This document shows, one piece after another, positions 16,026-25,932 of a DNA stretch of 36,104 bases. The notes under the pieces are model-generated. The model did not search any database. It saw only the letters and a program-made list of their open reading frames with translations, and was not told the origin of the DNA. A program made the translations under genes and the position numbers. How positions within the stretch are numbered: the first letter of the stretch is position 1; each line of letters opens with the position of its first letter. Location: assembly GCA_038221095.1 (NCBI GenBank), contig JBBRIM010000001.1, positions 1 through 36,104 on the forward strand, given 5' to 3'. This stretch comes from Candidatus Limnocylindrales bacterium (GTDB lineage Bacteria > Chloroflexota > Limnocylindria > Limnocylindrales > CSP1-4).

Positions 16026-17263
16026 CGTGGCGTCTCCTGGTGCTCTTCGGGGTGTGCTTCGGTGTGCTCTTCGATCTTGGCCTGGGCCCACAGCGCATCG
16101 AGCCCCTTGAAATCCAGGTCGCGCAAGGCGACGCCGCGCTCGGTGGCCTGGCGCTCGACGCTCCGGAAGCGCCGCCGGAACTTGTCGTTGGCGAAACGGA
16201 GGGCGGCCTCGGCCTCGACACCCTGGTGCCGGCCGAGGTTGACCGCGACCATCAGCAGGTCGCCGAGCTCCTCTTCGCGATGGGCAGCCGAGTCGGCCGC
16301 CAGCAGCTCGGCCAGCTCTTCGTGGACCTTGGCCACGATCCCGTCGATGGAGGGCCAGTCGTAGCCCAGGGCGGAGGCTCGCTCCTGCATCTCCTGGCTG
16401 GCCGCCAGGGCGGGCATCGATCGGCTGATCCCATCGAGGGCACTCTTCGCCATCGCGCCGCCCGGCCCGGCATCCTCAGTTCCAGCGTCGGCCCTGGCGG
16501 CATCGGCCCGCTCGTCGGCCTTGATCCGCTCCCACTGGCGGTTCACGTCGGCCGAGGTATGCGCCTCGGCGTCGGCGAAGACGTGCGGGTGGCGCCGGAC
16601 GATCTTGGTCGCGAGGGCGGCCTGCACGTCGGCCAGGTCGAAGACGCCGGCCTCGGCGGCCAGCTGGGCATGCAGGATCACCTGCAGGAGGAGGTCGCCG
16701 AGCTCCCCGGCGAGCGCCGGGGTCGGGCCATCGGCCAGCGCGTCGTAGACCTCGTAGGCCTCCTCGAGGAGATGCTTGCGGAGCGAGGCGTGGGTCTGTT
16801 CACGGTCCCACGGACAGCCGTCGGGCAAGCGCAGCCGGTGGCTGATCCAGGGCATTGCCCAGGGGCCGGCGCTGGCCAGCTCCGGGGCGACCGGCCCGAT
16901 GTACAGCGGTCCATGGAGGTCATCCGGCGTGAGCGCGCCGACCGTCGTCTCGGTCACGGCACCAAAGCGGCCAACCGGATGCGCCCCGGGATAGAGCCGG
17001 CCGAGGAGGCTGAGCGGATCGCGGCCGGTCGGTCCGTGCCGCCCTGGCAGCGGCTCAGCCCTGGCTCGGGACGACGCGGCGGAACCGGTGGAGCCGGAAG
17101 AACCGGCCGGAGACGCTCCGAGCATCGCCAGCGGCACGATGATCAACGGCCGGCTCGCCTCGACCGGCGTGCCGATCAGCCGTTCGGCGGCCGCCACCTG
17201 CAGCCCGGCCGAGGGATCGAAGCCCCAGCGGAGGCGCGCCTCGGCCAGCAGCGCGTCGAGCAT
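16022..17263 (-). CDS. mazG: MazG nucleoside triphosphate pyrophosphohydrolase (tandem MazG domains) with an ~130-aa N-terminal extension
   Basis: [23 protein letters not shown]...[11 protein letters not shown]...IVRRHPHVF, plus a second [16 protein letters not shown]...FRRRF repeat. Confidence 0.9.
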   Translation of the reverse strand: MLDALLAEARLRWGFDPSAGLQVAAAERLIGTPVEASRPLIIVPLAMLGASPAGSSGSTGSAASSRARAEPLPGRHGPTGRDPLSLLGRLYPGAHPVGRFGAVTETTVGALTPDDLHGPLYIGPVAPELASAGPWAMPWISHRLRLPDGCPWDREQTHASLRKHLLEEAYEVYDALADGPTPALAGELGDLLLQVILHAQLAAEAGVFDLADVQAALATKIVRRHPHVFADAEAHTSADVNRQWERIKADERADAARADAGTEDAGPGGAMAKSALDGISRSMPALAASQEMQERASALGYDWPSIDGIVAKVHEELAELLAADSAAHREEELGDLLMVAVNLGRHQGVEAEAALRFANDKFRRRFRSVERQATERGVALRDLDFKGLDALWAQAKIEEHTEAHPEEHQETPR

Positions 17264-17271
17264 TCGGGCGG

Positions 17272-19020
17272 CTAGGGAGCTACGGAGCTCTGGACCACAT
17301 CCGGCCCGGTGATCGAGGCCTTGGCCTTCTGGATCGCGTACCAGTTCGTGAACGCGGACGCCTCGAGGGTGGTCAGCTGCGTGGCGTCAGGCAGACGCGT
17401 CTGCTCCTCGAGGACCTTGAAGATGTACAGCCCATCGGACAGCTTGACGACGCCCGATACGCCACCGACCGGTACCGCGAAGACGGCCTTCTCGAGCTCG
17501 GCCGAGACCTGGTAGTGAGCGATCCAGCCGAGATCGCCGCCCTGGGCCGCCTCGCTGCCATCCGAGCTGGCCTTGGCCAGGGCCGCGAAGTCCGCACCTG
17601 GGGCCGCGGCCTGCTTCTGGAGGGCGGCCGCCCGATCGGTGGGGCCGGGGCGGACCGTATCGACCAGGATCACATGCCACCCGAACTGACTGCGGACCGG
17701 TGCCAGCAAGTCGCCCGACTTGACGCTAGTTGCGAAGACCGCGGTGGCGAACGCGGGATCGAGTCCCGAACCCGCGTCGTAGTAGGGCAACAGCCCGCCG
17801 TCGACCGCCGAGCCAGTGTCCTTGCTGTCGGTCTTGGCGATCGACTCGAACGTGGTCAGCAGGGCGGGTGTGCCGACGAGGGCCTTCAACTTGGCATAGC
17901 TGGCCTCGGCCGCGGCCTGGGCCACGGCCCAGCCCGGGTCGTTGGCCGGGATCGGACTGGCGCCTGCGGCGACCGTGGCGCCCGGGGTGTACAGGATGTG
18001 GCGCGCCCGGAGCTGGACCCCCGGGCCGGTGTACGACGAGTTGTCAATCTTGATCTGGCTGACGTTGCGCTGGACCGAGGCCCTGGTCGTTGCGTCGGCG
18101 ATGATCTTGGCCGACAACGCCTGGTCGACGAGCACGGCCCGCGCCTGGGTCCGGTACGCGTCGAGGCTCACCCCAAAGTCCTTCATCCGCTGCATGAAGG
18201 CGGTGTCGGTGGAGGTGGGAGCAATCGCCAGCACCGATCCGATCAGGTAGGAACCGTCGGCTGCGGTCATGACCGGGGTCAGGCCATTGACCGGGAGCTG
18301 GAAGACGGCGTTCACGAAGTTCGTGTCCTGGATGGCGGTCGCCACCCGGATCCAGCCGATGTTCCCGCCGTTTGCGGCGCTGGTGTCGTTGGAGAACGCC
18401 TTGGCAACCGTGGCAAACGGAGCGCCCGACCTGAGTTGGGCGTAGGCCGCTTCAGCCGTTTGCCGGGCGATGGTCTTCTCGGCATCGGTGACCTTCGCAC
18501 CCGCGGCCTGCGGAGTCACCGAGACCATCAGCACCTGGCGAGCCTCGAGCGTGGTGGAATCGGCGCTGACCTGGGCGTCCACCTGCTGGTCCGTGACGTT
18601 GATCCCGTTCTGGGCGGCGAGCTGGCGCTGGAGCTCGTCGTCAACCAGCGCGCCGACCACGTTGCTCGAGATGCTCTGCTCGGCCTGGCTCAGGCTGGAG
18701 CTCGCCGCGTCGAAATCGGCCTGGCTCAATCGGCCGGCGGCGAGTTCGTTGCGCAGCTGGATGAGCTGCGTCCTGAGCTTGAATACCTCGACCTGGGCCC
18801 CTTCCTTGGCCTGGTCCCGGCTGATCGAGACCCCGTTGACGTTGGCGACCGCGGCCCAGTGGGCGCCCGCATACGAGGCGAAGGCAGCCCCGACGAGGGT
18901 TGCCGTGCCCAGCAGGATCGCACCGAAGAAGGCGATGTTGAGATACAGGGTCCGCCGGCTGGACCGATCACTCGACGATCGGCGGGTTCGCTGGGGAGCC
19001 GGCCTGCTGCGTTGGGTCAT
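17272..19020 (-). CDS. Membrane-anchored SurA/PrsA-like peptidyl-prolyl isomerase with parvulin domains
   Basis: N-terminal TM segment LYLNIAFFGAILLGTATLVGAAF. Parvulin motifs ARHILY, FGWHVILV, GGDLGWI. ATG 19020 preferred; longest GTG start at 19047. Confidence 0.85.
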   Translation of the reverse strand: MTQRSRPAPQRTRRSSSDRSSRRTLYLNIAFFGAILLGTATLVGAAFASYAGAHWAAVANVNGVSISRDQAKEGAQVEVFKLRTQLIQLRNELAAGRLSQADFDAASSSLSQAEQSISSNVVGALVDDELQRQLAAQNGINVTDQQVDAQVSADSTTLEARQVLMVSVTPQAAGAKVTDAEKTIARQTAEAAYAQLRSGAPFATVAKAFSNDTSAANGGNIGWIRVATAIQDTNFVNAVFQLPVNGLTPVMTAADGSYLIGSVLAIAPTSTDTAFMQRMKDFGVSLDAYRTQARAVLVDQALSAKIIADATTRASVQRNVSQIKIDNSSYTGPGVQLRARHILYTPGATVAAGASPIPANDPGWAVAQAAAEASYAKLKALVGTPALLTTFESIAKTDSKDTGSAVDGGLLPYYDAGSGLDPAFATAVFATSVKSGDLLAPVRSQFGWHVILVDTVRPGPTDRAAALQKQAAAPGADFAALAKASSDGSEAAQGGDLGWIAHYQVSAELEKAVFAVPVGGVSGVVKLSDGLYIFKVLEEQTRLPDATQLTTLEASAFTNWYAIQKAKASITGPDVVQSSVAP

Positions 19021-19101
19021 GCGCTTCGATGGTCCTCTGGGGAGCACGGCAGGCCCGGCATGTGGGCCATGGCGTGGCGGTGCGACATCGTACCGTACAT
19101 C

Positions 19102-20283
19102 TCAGCGACGATCACCGGCGAGCCGGTCGACGAGGGCCATCAGGCGATCCGCCTCGTGGTCCCAGGACAGTTCGACGATCCGGTCGTGGGCCACCTCGAT
19201 GTCGGCGGCCCGGCCGCGTGGATCGTCCACGAGCCGGAGCAGGGTGCCCCCCAGGTCGGCCGGATCACCGGGCCGATAGGTGGCCACCCCGCCAGCGGGG
19301 AACGTCTGCTCCACGAGAGGCAGGGCCGAGGCAACGATCGAGCGACCCATCGCACCGTATTCGAACAGCTTCGTCGACAGGCTCATCTCGGTGAACCGGT
19401 TGCGGGTCGTGGGCGCGACACCGACGTCGGCCGCCGCAATCGCGGCCGGCACCGCATCGATCGGGATCCGGCCGTGGAAGCGGACGACCTCGCCGAGAGC
19501 GTGCTCGACGACGAAGGCCCGGAGACCTGACTCGGCATCGCCCCGGCCGTAGATCTCGAGTTCAACCCGGAGCTCAGGCCGGCGGGTCCGCAGCTCGACC
19601 AGGGCCGCCAGCACGACATCGAGTTCGTAGACGGGCGTGAGCGCCCCGGCATAGACCAGGCGCAGGACACCGTCGGCCATGAACGCGCGCGCCGGCTGAC
19701 CGGTTGGATCGAAGCGCCGAAGCGAGGGACTGTTGAGGATCACCGAGACCTTGTCCGGCGCCACGCCCAGTCCGACGAGGCGGTCGGCGAGGGCCTGGTT
19801 GACCGTGATCACGGCACTGGCCAGGCCGATGCTGGCCCGTTCCTGGAGCAGCAACAGGCGATGGGCGACGGCCCCGGCCGAGCCCGGGAAGCGCATCCGG
19901 AAGAACTCGGGCATAGCCTCGTGCAAGTCGAGCAGGATCGGCACGCCGGCCAGCCGGACCGGCAGCCCGCCGAAGGCCAGGAAGTCCGGCAGGGTGTGGA
20001 CCTGGAGCACAGCGTACCGGCGACGGCGCTGGGCCCGGGTCACCGACCAGCCGGCCCGGGCAAGGAACGAGAGGTACTCGCGCAGGTAGGTCCTGATCCC
20101 GGCGCCCTGGTGCCGTTCGACGCCCAGCCGCCGGACGCGCACGCCATCGAGCAGCTCCTCGGCCGGCTCGCCCGCTCGGCGCAGGGCATAGACATCGACG
20201 TCGCGGCCACGTTCGACGAGCGACTCGGCTTCGCGCCGGACGCGCGGATCCTCCTCGTAGTGGGAATGCGTGATCATCGCCAT
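19102..20283 (-). CDS. Glycosyltransferase family 4 (GT-B fold)
   Basis: N-terminal MAMITHSHYEEDPRVRREAESL. C-terminal GT1/4 block VAPT..NRFTEMSLSTKLFEYGAMGR. Longest GTG start at 20295. Confidence 0.85.
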   Translation of the reverse strand: MAMITHSHYEEDPRVRREAESLVERGRDVDVYALRRAGEPAEELLDGVRVRRLGVERHQGAGIRTYLREYLSFLARAGWSVTRAQRRRRYAVLQVHTLPDFLAFGGLPVRLAGVPILLDLHEAMPEFFRMRFPGSAGAVAHRLLLLQERASIGLASAVITVNQALADRLVGLGVAPDKVSVILNSPSLRRFDPTGQPARAFMADGVLRLVYAGALTPVYELDVVLAALVELRTRRPELRVELEIYGRGDAESGLRAFVVEHALGEVVRFHGRIPIDAVPAAIAAADVGVAPTTRNRFTEMSLSTKLFEYGAMGRSIVASALPLVEQTFPAGGVATYRPGDPADLGGTLLRLVDDPRGRAADIEVAHDRIVELSWDHEADRLMALVDRLAGDRR

Positions 20284-20321
20284 CGGCCGGCGCACCGGGC
20301 CGGCAACGGGAGCGCCCAGGG

Positions 20322-21611
20322 TTACCGCCCCCGCCGGGTGATCCGCGCCCGGGCCCTGCGCAGGGCCAGCCGGACCGGCTCGGGCAGGGCCGCCTTGGCC
20401 TTGTCCGAAGCGTTCCGCACATCGCTCCGCTCGGCGATCCCGAGCGGTGGCAGGCCGAGCCGGCGGCGCAGGTCATCATGGGCGCGGCGCTCGCGGGCGA
20501 TGTCCTGTTCCAGGCGGGCCAGCCGCGATTCGAGCCGCTCGATCTGGCGCCGGCCGTCCAGGCTGAACCAGTCGGGCAGCGTCCCCGGCCGGACCGGGGG
20601 ATAGTCCGCCCGGTAGAAGCCGAGCAGCTTCTCGGCGATCACCGGGGCATCGTGAATCCGGGCGACATACGGCCGGCCACGCGCCGCCAGGTCCCGCCGT
20701 TCATCGACGTTCGCGATCAGGCTGCGCATCCGGTCCACGAACGTGTCCGGATCCGCACTCACGACCGGGGCGTCGGGGTAGGCCGCAGCGACGGCTGCCT
20801 GGATGTTGGCCACGGCGACCCGGCTCGAAGCCATTGCCTCAAGCGAGACGACTTCGTAGTCACCGGTGAGGACGTTGTCGACGACGATATCGGCGGCCTG
20901 GATCGACCGGCGCGCCTCGTCGTGGGAGACGCCCTCGAGCAACCGGAAGTCAACGGCGACGCCCTCATCGACCAGCTGCTTCATGCCCTCGATGATGAAC
21001 TGGCTGCCCTTCGTGCCGCGGCGCGAGGGAACGTGCAGGACCACCGGGCGGGCCCGCTGCTCGGGCGCCTGTTCCGGCCACGCGGCAAGGTCGATCACTC
21101 GCTCGACGACCTCCGCCTCGGGCACGAAGTGGCGATAGTCGATCGACTGGATGAACATCCGGTTGGCGTAGGTCCGGATCGCCTCGATCACCTTCTCGGT
21201 ACGATCGTCGTCCGCATCGATGTCCGAATAGCGGTAGTAGCTCCACGGGTTGACCTGCTCGTGGATCCGCCGAATCCGGATGTCCGAACCGTGGAAGGTG
21301 AAGAAGACCTTCTTGCCCAGCATCCGGTAGATCGGCAGGTCCCAGAAGGCCGGGACGCCGCCCCAGGCGTTGGGAAAGAACGTCCGGGCAAAGTGGAAGT
21401 GGATGATGTCGAACCGGTCGATCGACTCCAGGAACGTTTGCCAGAACACGGTTGGATCGCCGGTCTTGAGGTCGATCCGCCGATCGACCGGGTAGCCGAA
21501 CGGGCTTTCCCCGTACTCCCACAGCTCCGCCTGGTGACCCAGCCGGCGGAGTGCCTGGACGACGTCACCCGGCTGGTTGGCGATGTTCCGGGCGGCGTGC
21601 AGGATGCGCAT
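20322..21611 (-). CDS. GT-B-type glycosyltransferase-like protein with a C-terminal coiled-coil/basic tail
   Basis: ATG 21611 overlaps the upstream stop (TGATG). Has N-terminal MRILHAARNIANQPGD..., a mid-protein RRGTKG nucleotide-sugar-domain-like block, and EVVSLEAMAS (E-x7-E-like). Tail heptad-like RRQIERLESRLARLEQDIARERRAHDDLRRRL. The 5' part of ORF 20322-22232 is a shadow. Confidence 0.75.
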   Translation of the reverse strand: MRILHAARNIANQPGDVVQALRRLGHQAELWEYGESPFGYPVDRRIDLKTGDPTVFWQTFLESIDRFDIIHFHFARTFFPNAWGGVPAFWDLPIYRMLGKKVFFTFHGSDIRIRRIHEQVNPWSYYRYSDIDADDDRTEKVIEAIRTYANRMFIQSIDYRHFVPEAEVVERVIDLAAWPEQAPEQRARPVVLHVPSRRGTKGSQFIIEGMKQLVDEGVAVDFRLLEGVSHDEARRSIQAADIVVDNVLTGDYEVVSLEAMASSRVAVANIQAAVAAAYPDAPVVSADPDTFVDRMRSLIANVDERRDLAARGRPYVARIHDAPVIAEKLLGFYRADYPPVRPGTLPDWFSLDGRRQIERLESRLARLEQDIARERRAHDDLRRRLGLPPLGIAERSDVRNASDKAKAALPEPVRLALRRARARITRRGR

Positions 21612-23074
21612 CAGGCGAACGTCGCCAGCACGCCCGCGACGACGGCCTGTGGATCGGCCTGGGCAATCGGGATCGAGCCGGCCGCCCGAGCCTGCTCGAG
21701 CGCGACGGGATCGTCGGGGGCCACGATCACGGGGCCGACCATCCGCAACCAGGTGGCCAGGTCCGCGGCCGGCTCCGCCACGATCAGCCGGAGGCGCTCG
21801 TCGTGGCCGGCCAGGGCGGCTGCGATGGCCTGGTTGGCTTCGCTCCGCTCGGGCCCCGCCGCACTTCCCAGCACCCCGATGTTGCGCTCGGCACCGGGCA
21901 GTTTCGCCCGGGCGAGGAGTTCGGCCGTGGCCGCGGCCGGATCGCCGAAGAACGGGGCGATATGGGCAAGGACGTTGGGGTAGGTGAACGCCCGGCTGCC
22001 CGCGTAGGTCCGTTCTGAGGCCTCCCGATAGAGGCCCGGATCGGTCAGCGTCCGGCGGAGCAGGGGCAGGGCATCGTCGGTTCGGGTCACGAAGAGCGGG
22101 TAGTCGGGCCCGAGGACGGACTCCTGGGCGGCCGTTCGATTGAGGATCACCGGGACGCCCACCGAGGCATAGTCGAGCAGCTTGGTCGAGATGACGAGGT
22201 CGTTCATCCGCGAGCCATGGCGGTAGTCCCACAGGCTGAGGGCCACGCCACCCTGGGCGATCAGCGTCTCGACCTGGTCGCGCGGGATCCCGCCGTGCCA
22301 GATCAGCCCGTCGGTGTGGGTCAGGGCCTGCTCGAGCGTCGGCGCGTAGGTCCGGTCCTCGCGCGGCCGATGGATCTTGTCTCCGACCACGTGAAACTCG
22401 AGGCCGGGGATCTCCGACTTGAGCTCGAGATAGAAGTCAACCATCCGGTTGACCGGGTAGAACGGGTGGAACTTGCCGGTGTAGATCAGGCGCGGGACGA
22501 TCCGATCGGGGTCGGCCCGCCGGGCCGGTTCGGCCGGGATGGCCGGCGGCAGCAGGATCGTCTTGCCCCGGGCTTCAGGCACGAGTGCCTCGGTCAGGGC
22601 GCGCATCTCCTCCGATTGGGCCACCAGGTAACGCGAACCGCGGGCGATCTCGGCCAGTTCCCGGAGATAGGCCGGCGAGGCCGTGTCGCGCTCGGGCTCA
22701 AGGACATAGGTGCTCCACAGCCTGCTGTGGAGGCGTTCGCTGCGAACGGTTGCCAGGGCAACGTCGAACGAACGGATCAGGATCACGTCGAACGGCCTGT
22801 CGCGATCGAGGCGCTCGATCAGTTCGACGACCTGGGTGGCCCGCAGGCCGTTCGCACCCACCTTCCGGTCGGCCTGCTCGGCGGGGATCAACTCGACCCG
22901 GGGCAGCCGTCGGAGCAGACTGGTGACCACGTCCCGACGTTCGGGCGCGCGCAGGGGCAGGAGGATCTCGGTGGTCGGGCTGGCGTGGAGGGTCTCGGCC
23001 ACAGACTGAACCCAGATCGTCGAGCCGTCGATGTTGTTCAGGTTGGCCGGCGAATAGAGCAGGATCCTGGTCAT
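21611..23074 (-). CDS. GT-B-type glycosyltransferase-like protein with an ~110-aa C-terminal extra domain
   Basis: MTRILLYSPANLNNIDGSTIWV..., LIYTGKFHPFYP, STKLLDYASVGVPVILNRT (GT1/4-like C-domain). Family assignment by eye only. Confidence 0.7.
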   Translation of the reverse strand: MTRILLYSPANLNNIDGSTIWVQSVAETLHASPTTEILLPLRAPERRDVVTSLLRRLPRVELIPAEQADRKVGANGLRATQVVELIERLDRDRPFDVILIRSFDVALATVRSERLHSRLWSTYVLEPERDTASPAYLRELAEIARGSRYLVAQSEEMRALTEALVPEARGKTILLPPAIPAEPARRADPDRIVPRLIYTGKFHPFYPVNRMVDFYLELKSEIPGLEFHVVGDKIHRPREDRTYAPTLEQALTHTDGLIWHGGIPRDQVETLIAQGGVALSLWDYRHGSRMNDLVISTKLLDYASVGVPVILNRTAAQESVLGPDYPLFVTRTDDALPLLRRTLTDPGLYREASERTYAGSRAFTYPNVLAHIAPFFGDPAAATAELLARAKLPGAERNIGVLGSAAGPERSEANQAIAAALAGHDERLRLIVAEPAADLATWLRMVGPVIVAPDDPVALEQARAAGSIPIAQADPQAVVAGVLATFA

Positions 23075-24981
23075 CGAGCCAGCTCCCCGGCCGCGATGCG
23101 GCCGCGGTTCGGGTCGGCCGACCGGTTCGTTGGCCAGCCCCCGGCGAGGACGGATTGGCGGCGAACGGCGAGCGGCAGGCGAGCGTCGTCGCTCCAGACC
23201 TGGTCGCCCGGCTCGAATGCCGTCGCCAGGAGCAGCACGTCCATCTGATCTTCGAGCGGATCCGGATCGCCCGGGGCGCGGGGCGGCGGAGGGCCGCCCG
23301 ACCAGGCCGCGATCCAGTCCACCTCGGTGACGGCGGCCAGCCGCTCCAGGCGCTCGGCGAGGGTTGCACCGGCGACCTGCTCGATGAGCCGCACGGGCAC
23401 CAGTGGCCGGGCATCTCGGAGCGCCTCGGCCAGGGCGGAGCCGGCGCCGGCCCAGTCACTCGTTCCGACCAGGAACTCGGTCACCGGGCCGAGCCTGGCC
23501 AGGGTCCCAAGGAGAGCCACGGTCTGGCTCGGCGTGTCATGCACGATCGCGACCGCGATCGTGGTCGATGTCGGCGTCGTGGCGATCCCGGCCGCGGCTG
23601 CCAGCCGGCCGAGCCGATCACGGATCCAGTAGTCGCGGGCAACCATCGGCAGGACGCTCCGGCGGATCCGCCAGCGAGCCCGGGTCGGGTCGGCGAGGAT
23701 CGCATCGAGCCCCGCGCCGGGATCGTCGGCCGGGGAAGACCCGCGGACGTCGGGGCCGAAGCGGGCCTGGATCGCAGCGTTCGGCGTGGAGACGACGGGA
23801 GTGCCGCAGGCCAGCGCTTCGAGGAGCGCCGGAACGACGACCTCGCTGTCTCCCCCGGGTGCATCCACGAGCACGGCCGCGGCGGCCCGGAGCACGTCGG
23901 GCAGGTCCAGCGTGGGGACGAACGGCTGGACCACGGACCGGAACCGCTCGGGAAAGCCGGGTGCATCCGGCCCGGCCACTCCGCCCGTGTCGTAGATCAA
24001 GAGGCCCCGGCCGAGTCCCGCATCGAGCAGGCGGTCGAGCGCCTCGCGATCGGGCAATGGCCGGGCGCGATCGTACGACCCAACGAAGACGGGCCGGCCG
24101 GCGGCGGCCTCCGAGGCCAGCGGCGGATGGTGACGCCGGAACTGGACCCCGGGCTCGAGCAGATCCACGATCGAGGCACGTCGCGTCGGTAGCGACTCGT
24201 AATAGGCGAGCGCCGCAGGGTCCGTGGTCAGGATCACGTCGAAGAGCGACGCAGCCTCGTCGAATCGTCCTCGACCCACCAGCCCGGCCGTCTCCCAGAA
24301 GACACTCGGCACGCCGTTCGCCGCGCACGACTCGGTCAGGGCCCGCAGATCGGCCAGGCCAATCGCCATCGGGTGCCCGTACCACGCGATCCGGTACTGC
24401 CAGGTCCCGCCGTTGCCACGCCAGGCCGACTCGACCACGAGCAGATCCGGTGGGCTCGCCGCGAGGGACGCCTGCCAGTCTTCGGGGGTGATCCGGAGCA
24501 CCCGGCATTCGGGCGCCAGAGCCAGGGCGAGCGACTCGTCGGCGATGAGGGCGACGGTCAGGCTGGACGGTTCCCGCGCTGCGCTGATCCTGCCGCTCGC
24601 CCCGACCGTCCCGAGCCGCCGGGCAGACGGCGCGACCGGCCCGACCCGACGCTCGGGCGACGAGGATGACGAACCGCCCCGAACGGCCCGCAGCGCGGCC
24701 CGTGGGACCCTCGCCAGGAGGCTCGGGCGACGGACCACCCGGCGGGCGCCCTGGACGGCCTGGGCAGCGATCCCGAAGGCGCGCAGCTCGGACGTCCGCT
24801 CATCGAGCCAGCGCTGGAGCGTGTCGGTCCGTTCTCGGAGCCGCTCGTTCTCGGCTTCCAGCTCCGAAATGACATGCTCGCGGTAGGTTTCGGCCGTCCG
24901 CTCGCTGATCAGCGGGTCGGAGCGCGCGGGCTCGTCGGTCGGATCGCGGCTCATTGGCGCCATTGTCGGGCACGGCGCCAT
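23071..24981 (-). CDS. CgeB-like glycosyltransferase (DUF3880 + Glyco_trans_1_2-like) with an N-terminal coiled coil and a C-terminal extra domain
   Basis: Coiled coil ISELEAENERLRERTDTLQRWLDERTSELR. DUF3880-like PDLLVVESAWRGNGGTWQYRI. LLEALACGTPVVST. Alternative ATG starts at 24963 and 24954. Confidence 0.7.
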   Translation of the reverse strand: MAPCPTMAPMSRDPTDEPARSDPLISERTAETYREHVISELEAENERLRERTDTLQRWLDERTSELRAFGIAAQAVQGARRVVRRPSLLARVPRAALRAVRGGSSSSSPERRVGPVAPSARRLGTVGASGRISAAREPSSLTVALIADESLALALAPECRVLRITPEDWQASLAASPPDLLVVESAWRGNGGTWQYRIAWYGHPMAIGLADLRALTESCAANGVPSVFWETAGLVGRGRFDEAASLFDVILTTDPAALAYYESLPTRRASIVDLLEPGVQFRRHHPPLASEAAAGRPVFVGSYDRARPLPDREALDRLLDAGLGRGLLIYDTGGVAGPDAPGFPERFRSVVQPFVPTLDLPDVLRAAAAVLVDAPGGDSEVVVPALLEALACGTPVVSTPNAAIQARFGPDVRGSSPADDPGAGLDAILADPTRARWRIRRSVLPMVARDYWIRDRLGRLAAAAGIATTPTSTTIAVAIVHDTPSQTVALLGTLARLGPVTEFLVGTSDWAGAGSALAEALRDARPLVPVRLIEQVAGATLAERLERLAAVTEVDWIAAWSGGPPPPRAPGDPDPLEDQMDVLLLATAFEPGDQVWSDDARLPLAVRRQSVLAGGWPTNRSADPNRGRIAAGELAR

Positions 24982-25017
24982 GTCGCGTCATCGGCGCAGG
25001 TGGGCGATCATGGCTTG

Positions 25018-25893
25018 ATGCAGCCGACCACCCCGACCGAACCGCCGAGCGACTCGTCGACCCCCGCCGAAACGGCCCCGGCCGAGCCACTTGTCTACCG
25101 CCCGGCAGAGTTCTGGGACGGCCGCCTGCGCCATCATTTCGACATGATCGGGGTCGGCTATAGCCGGCTGGGCAAGCCCTTCAACCTGGCCCTGTACCGC
25201 CAGCGCCTCGTGGTCCTGGGGCGAACCCTGGGGCGCTTCAAGATCAGGCCGGCCGGGGCGGACGTGGTCGAGCTCGGTCCGGGAACCGGCTTCTACATCG
25301 ACGAGTGGAAGCGGCTCGGGATCGGCTCGCTGCTCGGCCTCGACATCGCCGCCGTGGCCGCCGAACGTCTGTCCGTCCAGTACCCCGAGTACCGTTTCGC
25401 GCAGGCCGACGTGACCGAGCCGTGGCCCTGCCCCGACTCCTCAGCCGACATCGTGACCGCATTCGATGTCCTCTTCCACATCACCGACGATGCCGGCTTT
25501 GGCGCTGCCATTCGCGAAGCCGGACGGGTCGTCCGGCCGGGCGGCGTGCTGCTCGTCTCCGACCTGTTCATTCACGGCCAGGCATTCCGGGGCTTCCACC
25601 AGGTCAGCCGGACCCTCGATGACTACCGAGCGGCACTAGATGCGGCCGGTTTCGACGTCCTTGGCCGGATGCCGATCTTCGTGACGATGCATCCGGCGCT
25701 CGACCTGCCGCCCGGCCGTAGGAGCAGGCTGGCGGCCGGCTGGTGGGGCCGCGTCGAGCAGCGCCTGATGGATGAGCCAAAACGAGGTTATCGGCTCGGC
25801 CGGGTGCTGGGTTGGATCGACCGCGGCCTGACCAAGGTCAGCCGTGGCGGGCCCTCAACCGAGTTGCTCGTGGCTCGACGACGCTCAGCCTGA
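25018..25893 (+). CDS. Class I SAM-dependent methyltransferase
   Basis: Motif I VVELGPGTGFY. Post-I LGLDIA. Motif II/III DIVTAFDVLFHI and VVRPGGVLLVSD. Divergent from the CgeB-like gene and directly upstream of wzm-wzt. Confidence 0.85.
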   Translation: MQPTTPTEPPSDSSTPAETAPAEPLVYRPAEFWDGRLRHHFDMIGVGYSRLGKPFNLALYRQRLVVLGRTLGRFKIRPAGADVVELGPGTGFYIDEWKRLGIGSLLGLDIAAVAAERLSVQYPEYRFAQADVTEPWPCPDSSADIVTAFDVLFHITDDAGFGAAIREAGRVVRPGGVLLVSDLFIHGQAFRGFHQVSRTLDDYRAALDAAGFDVLGRMPIFVTMHPALDLPPGRRSRLAAGWWGRVEQRLMDEPKRGYRLGRVLGWIDRGLTKVSRGGPSTELLVARRRSA

Positions 25894-25932
25894 GCCGGCC
25901 GGACCGGCCGGCCATGCTAGGCTAGCCCGCAT

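Noticed and set aside
16040-19530. Very long plus-strand ORFs (16040-17275, 411 aa; 17515-19530, 671 aa) antisense to mazG and the PPIase. Similar long antisense or off-frame ORFs occur at 356-1429, 11270-12223, 25885-26853, 27813-29231, 29006-30577 and 31446-33056.
   Set aside because: Their translations are Arg/Gly/Pro/Asp-rich with no recognisable motifs. The opposite-strand or other-frame genes have clear family signatures. These are typical shadow ORFs of high-GC DNA, where stop codons are rare.
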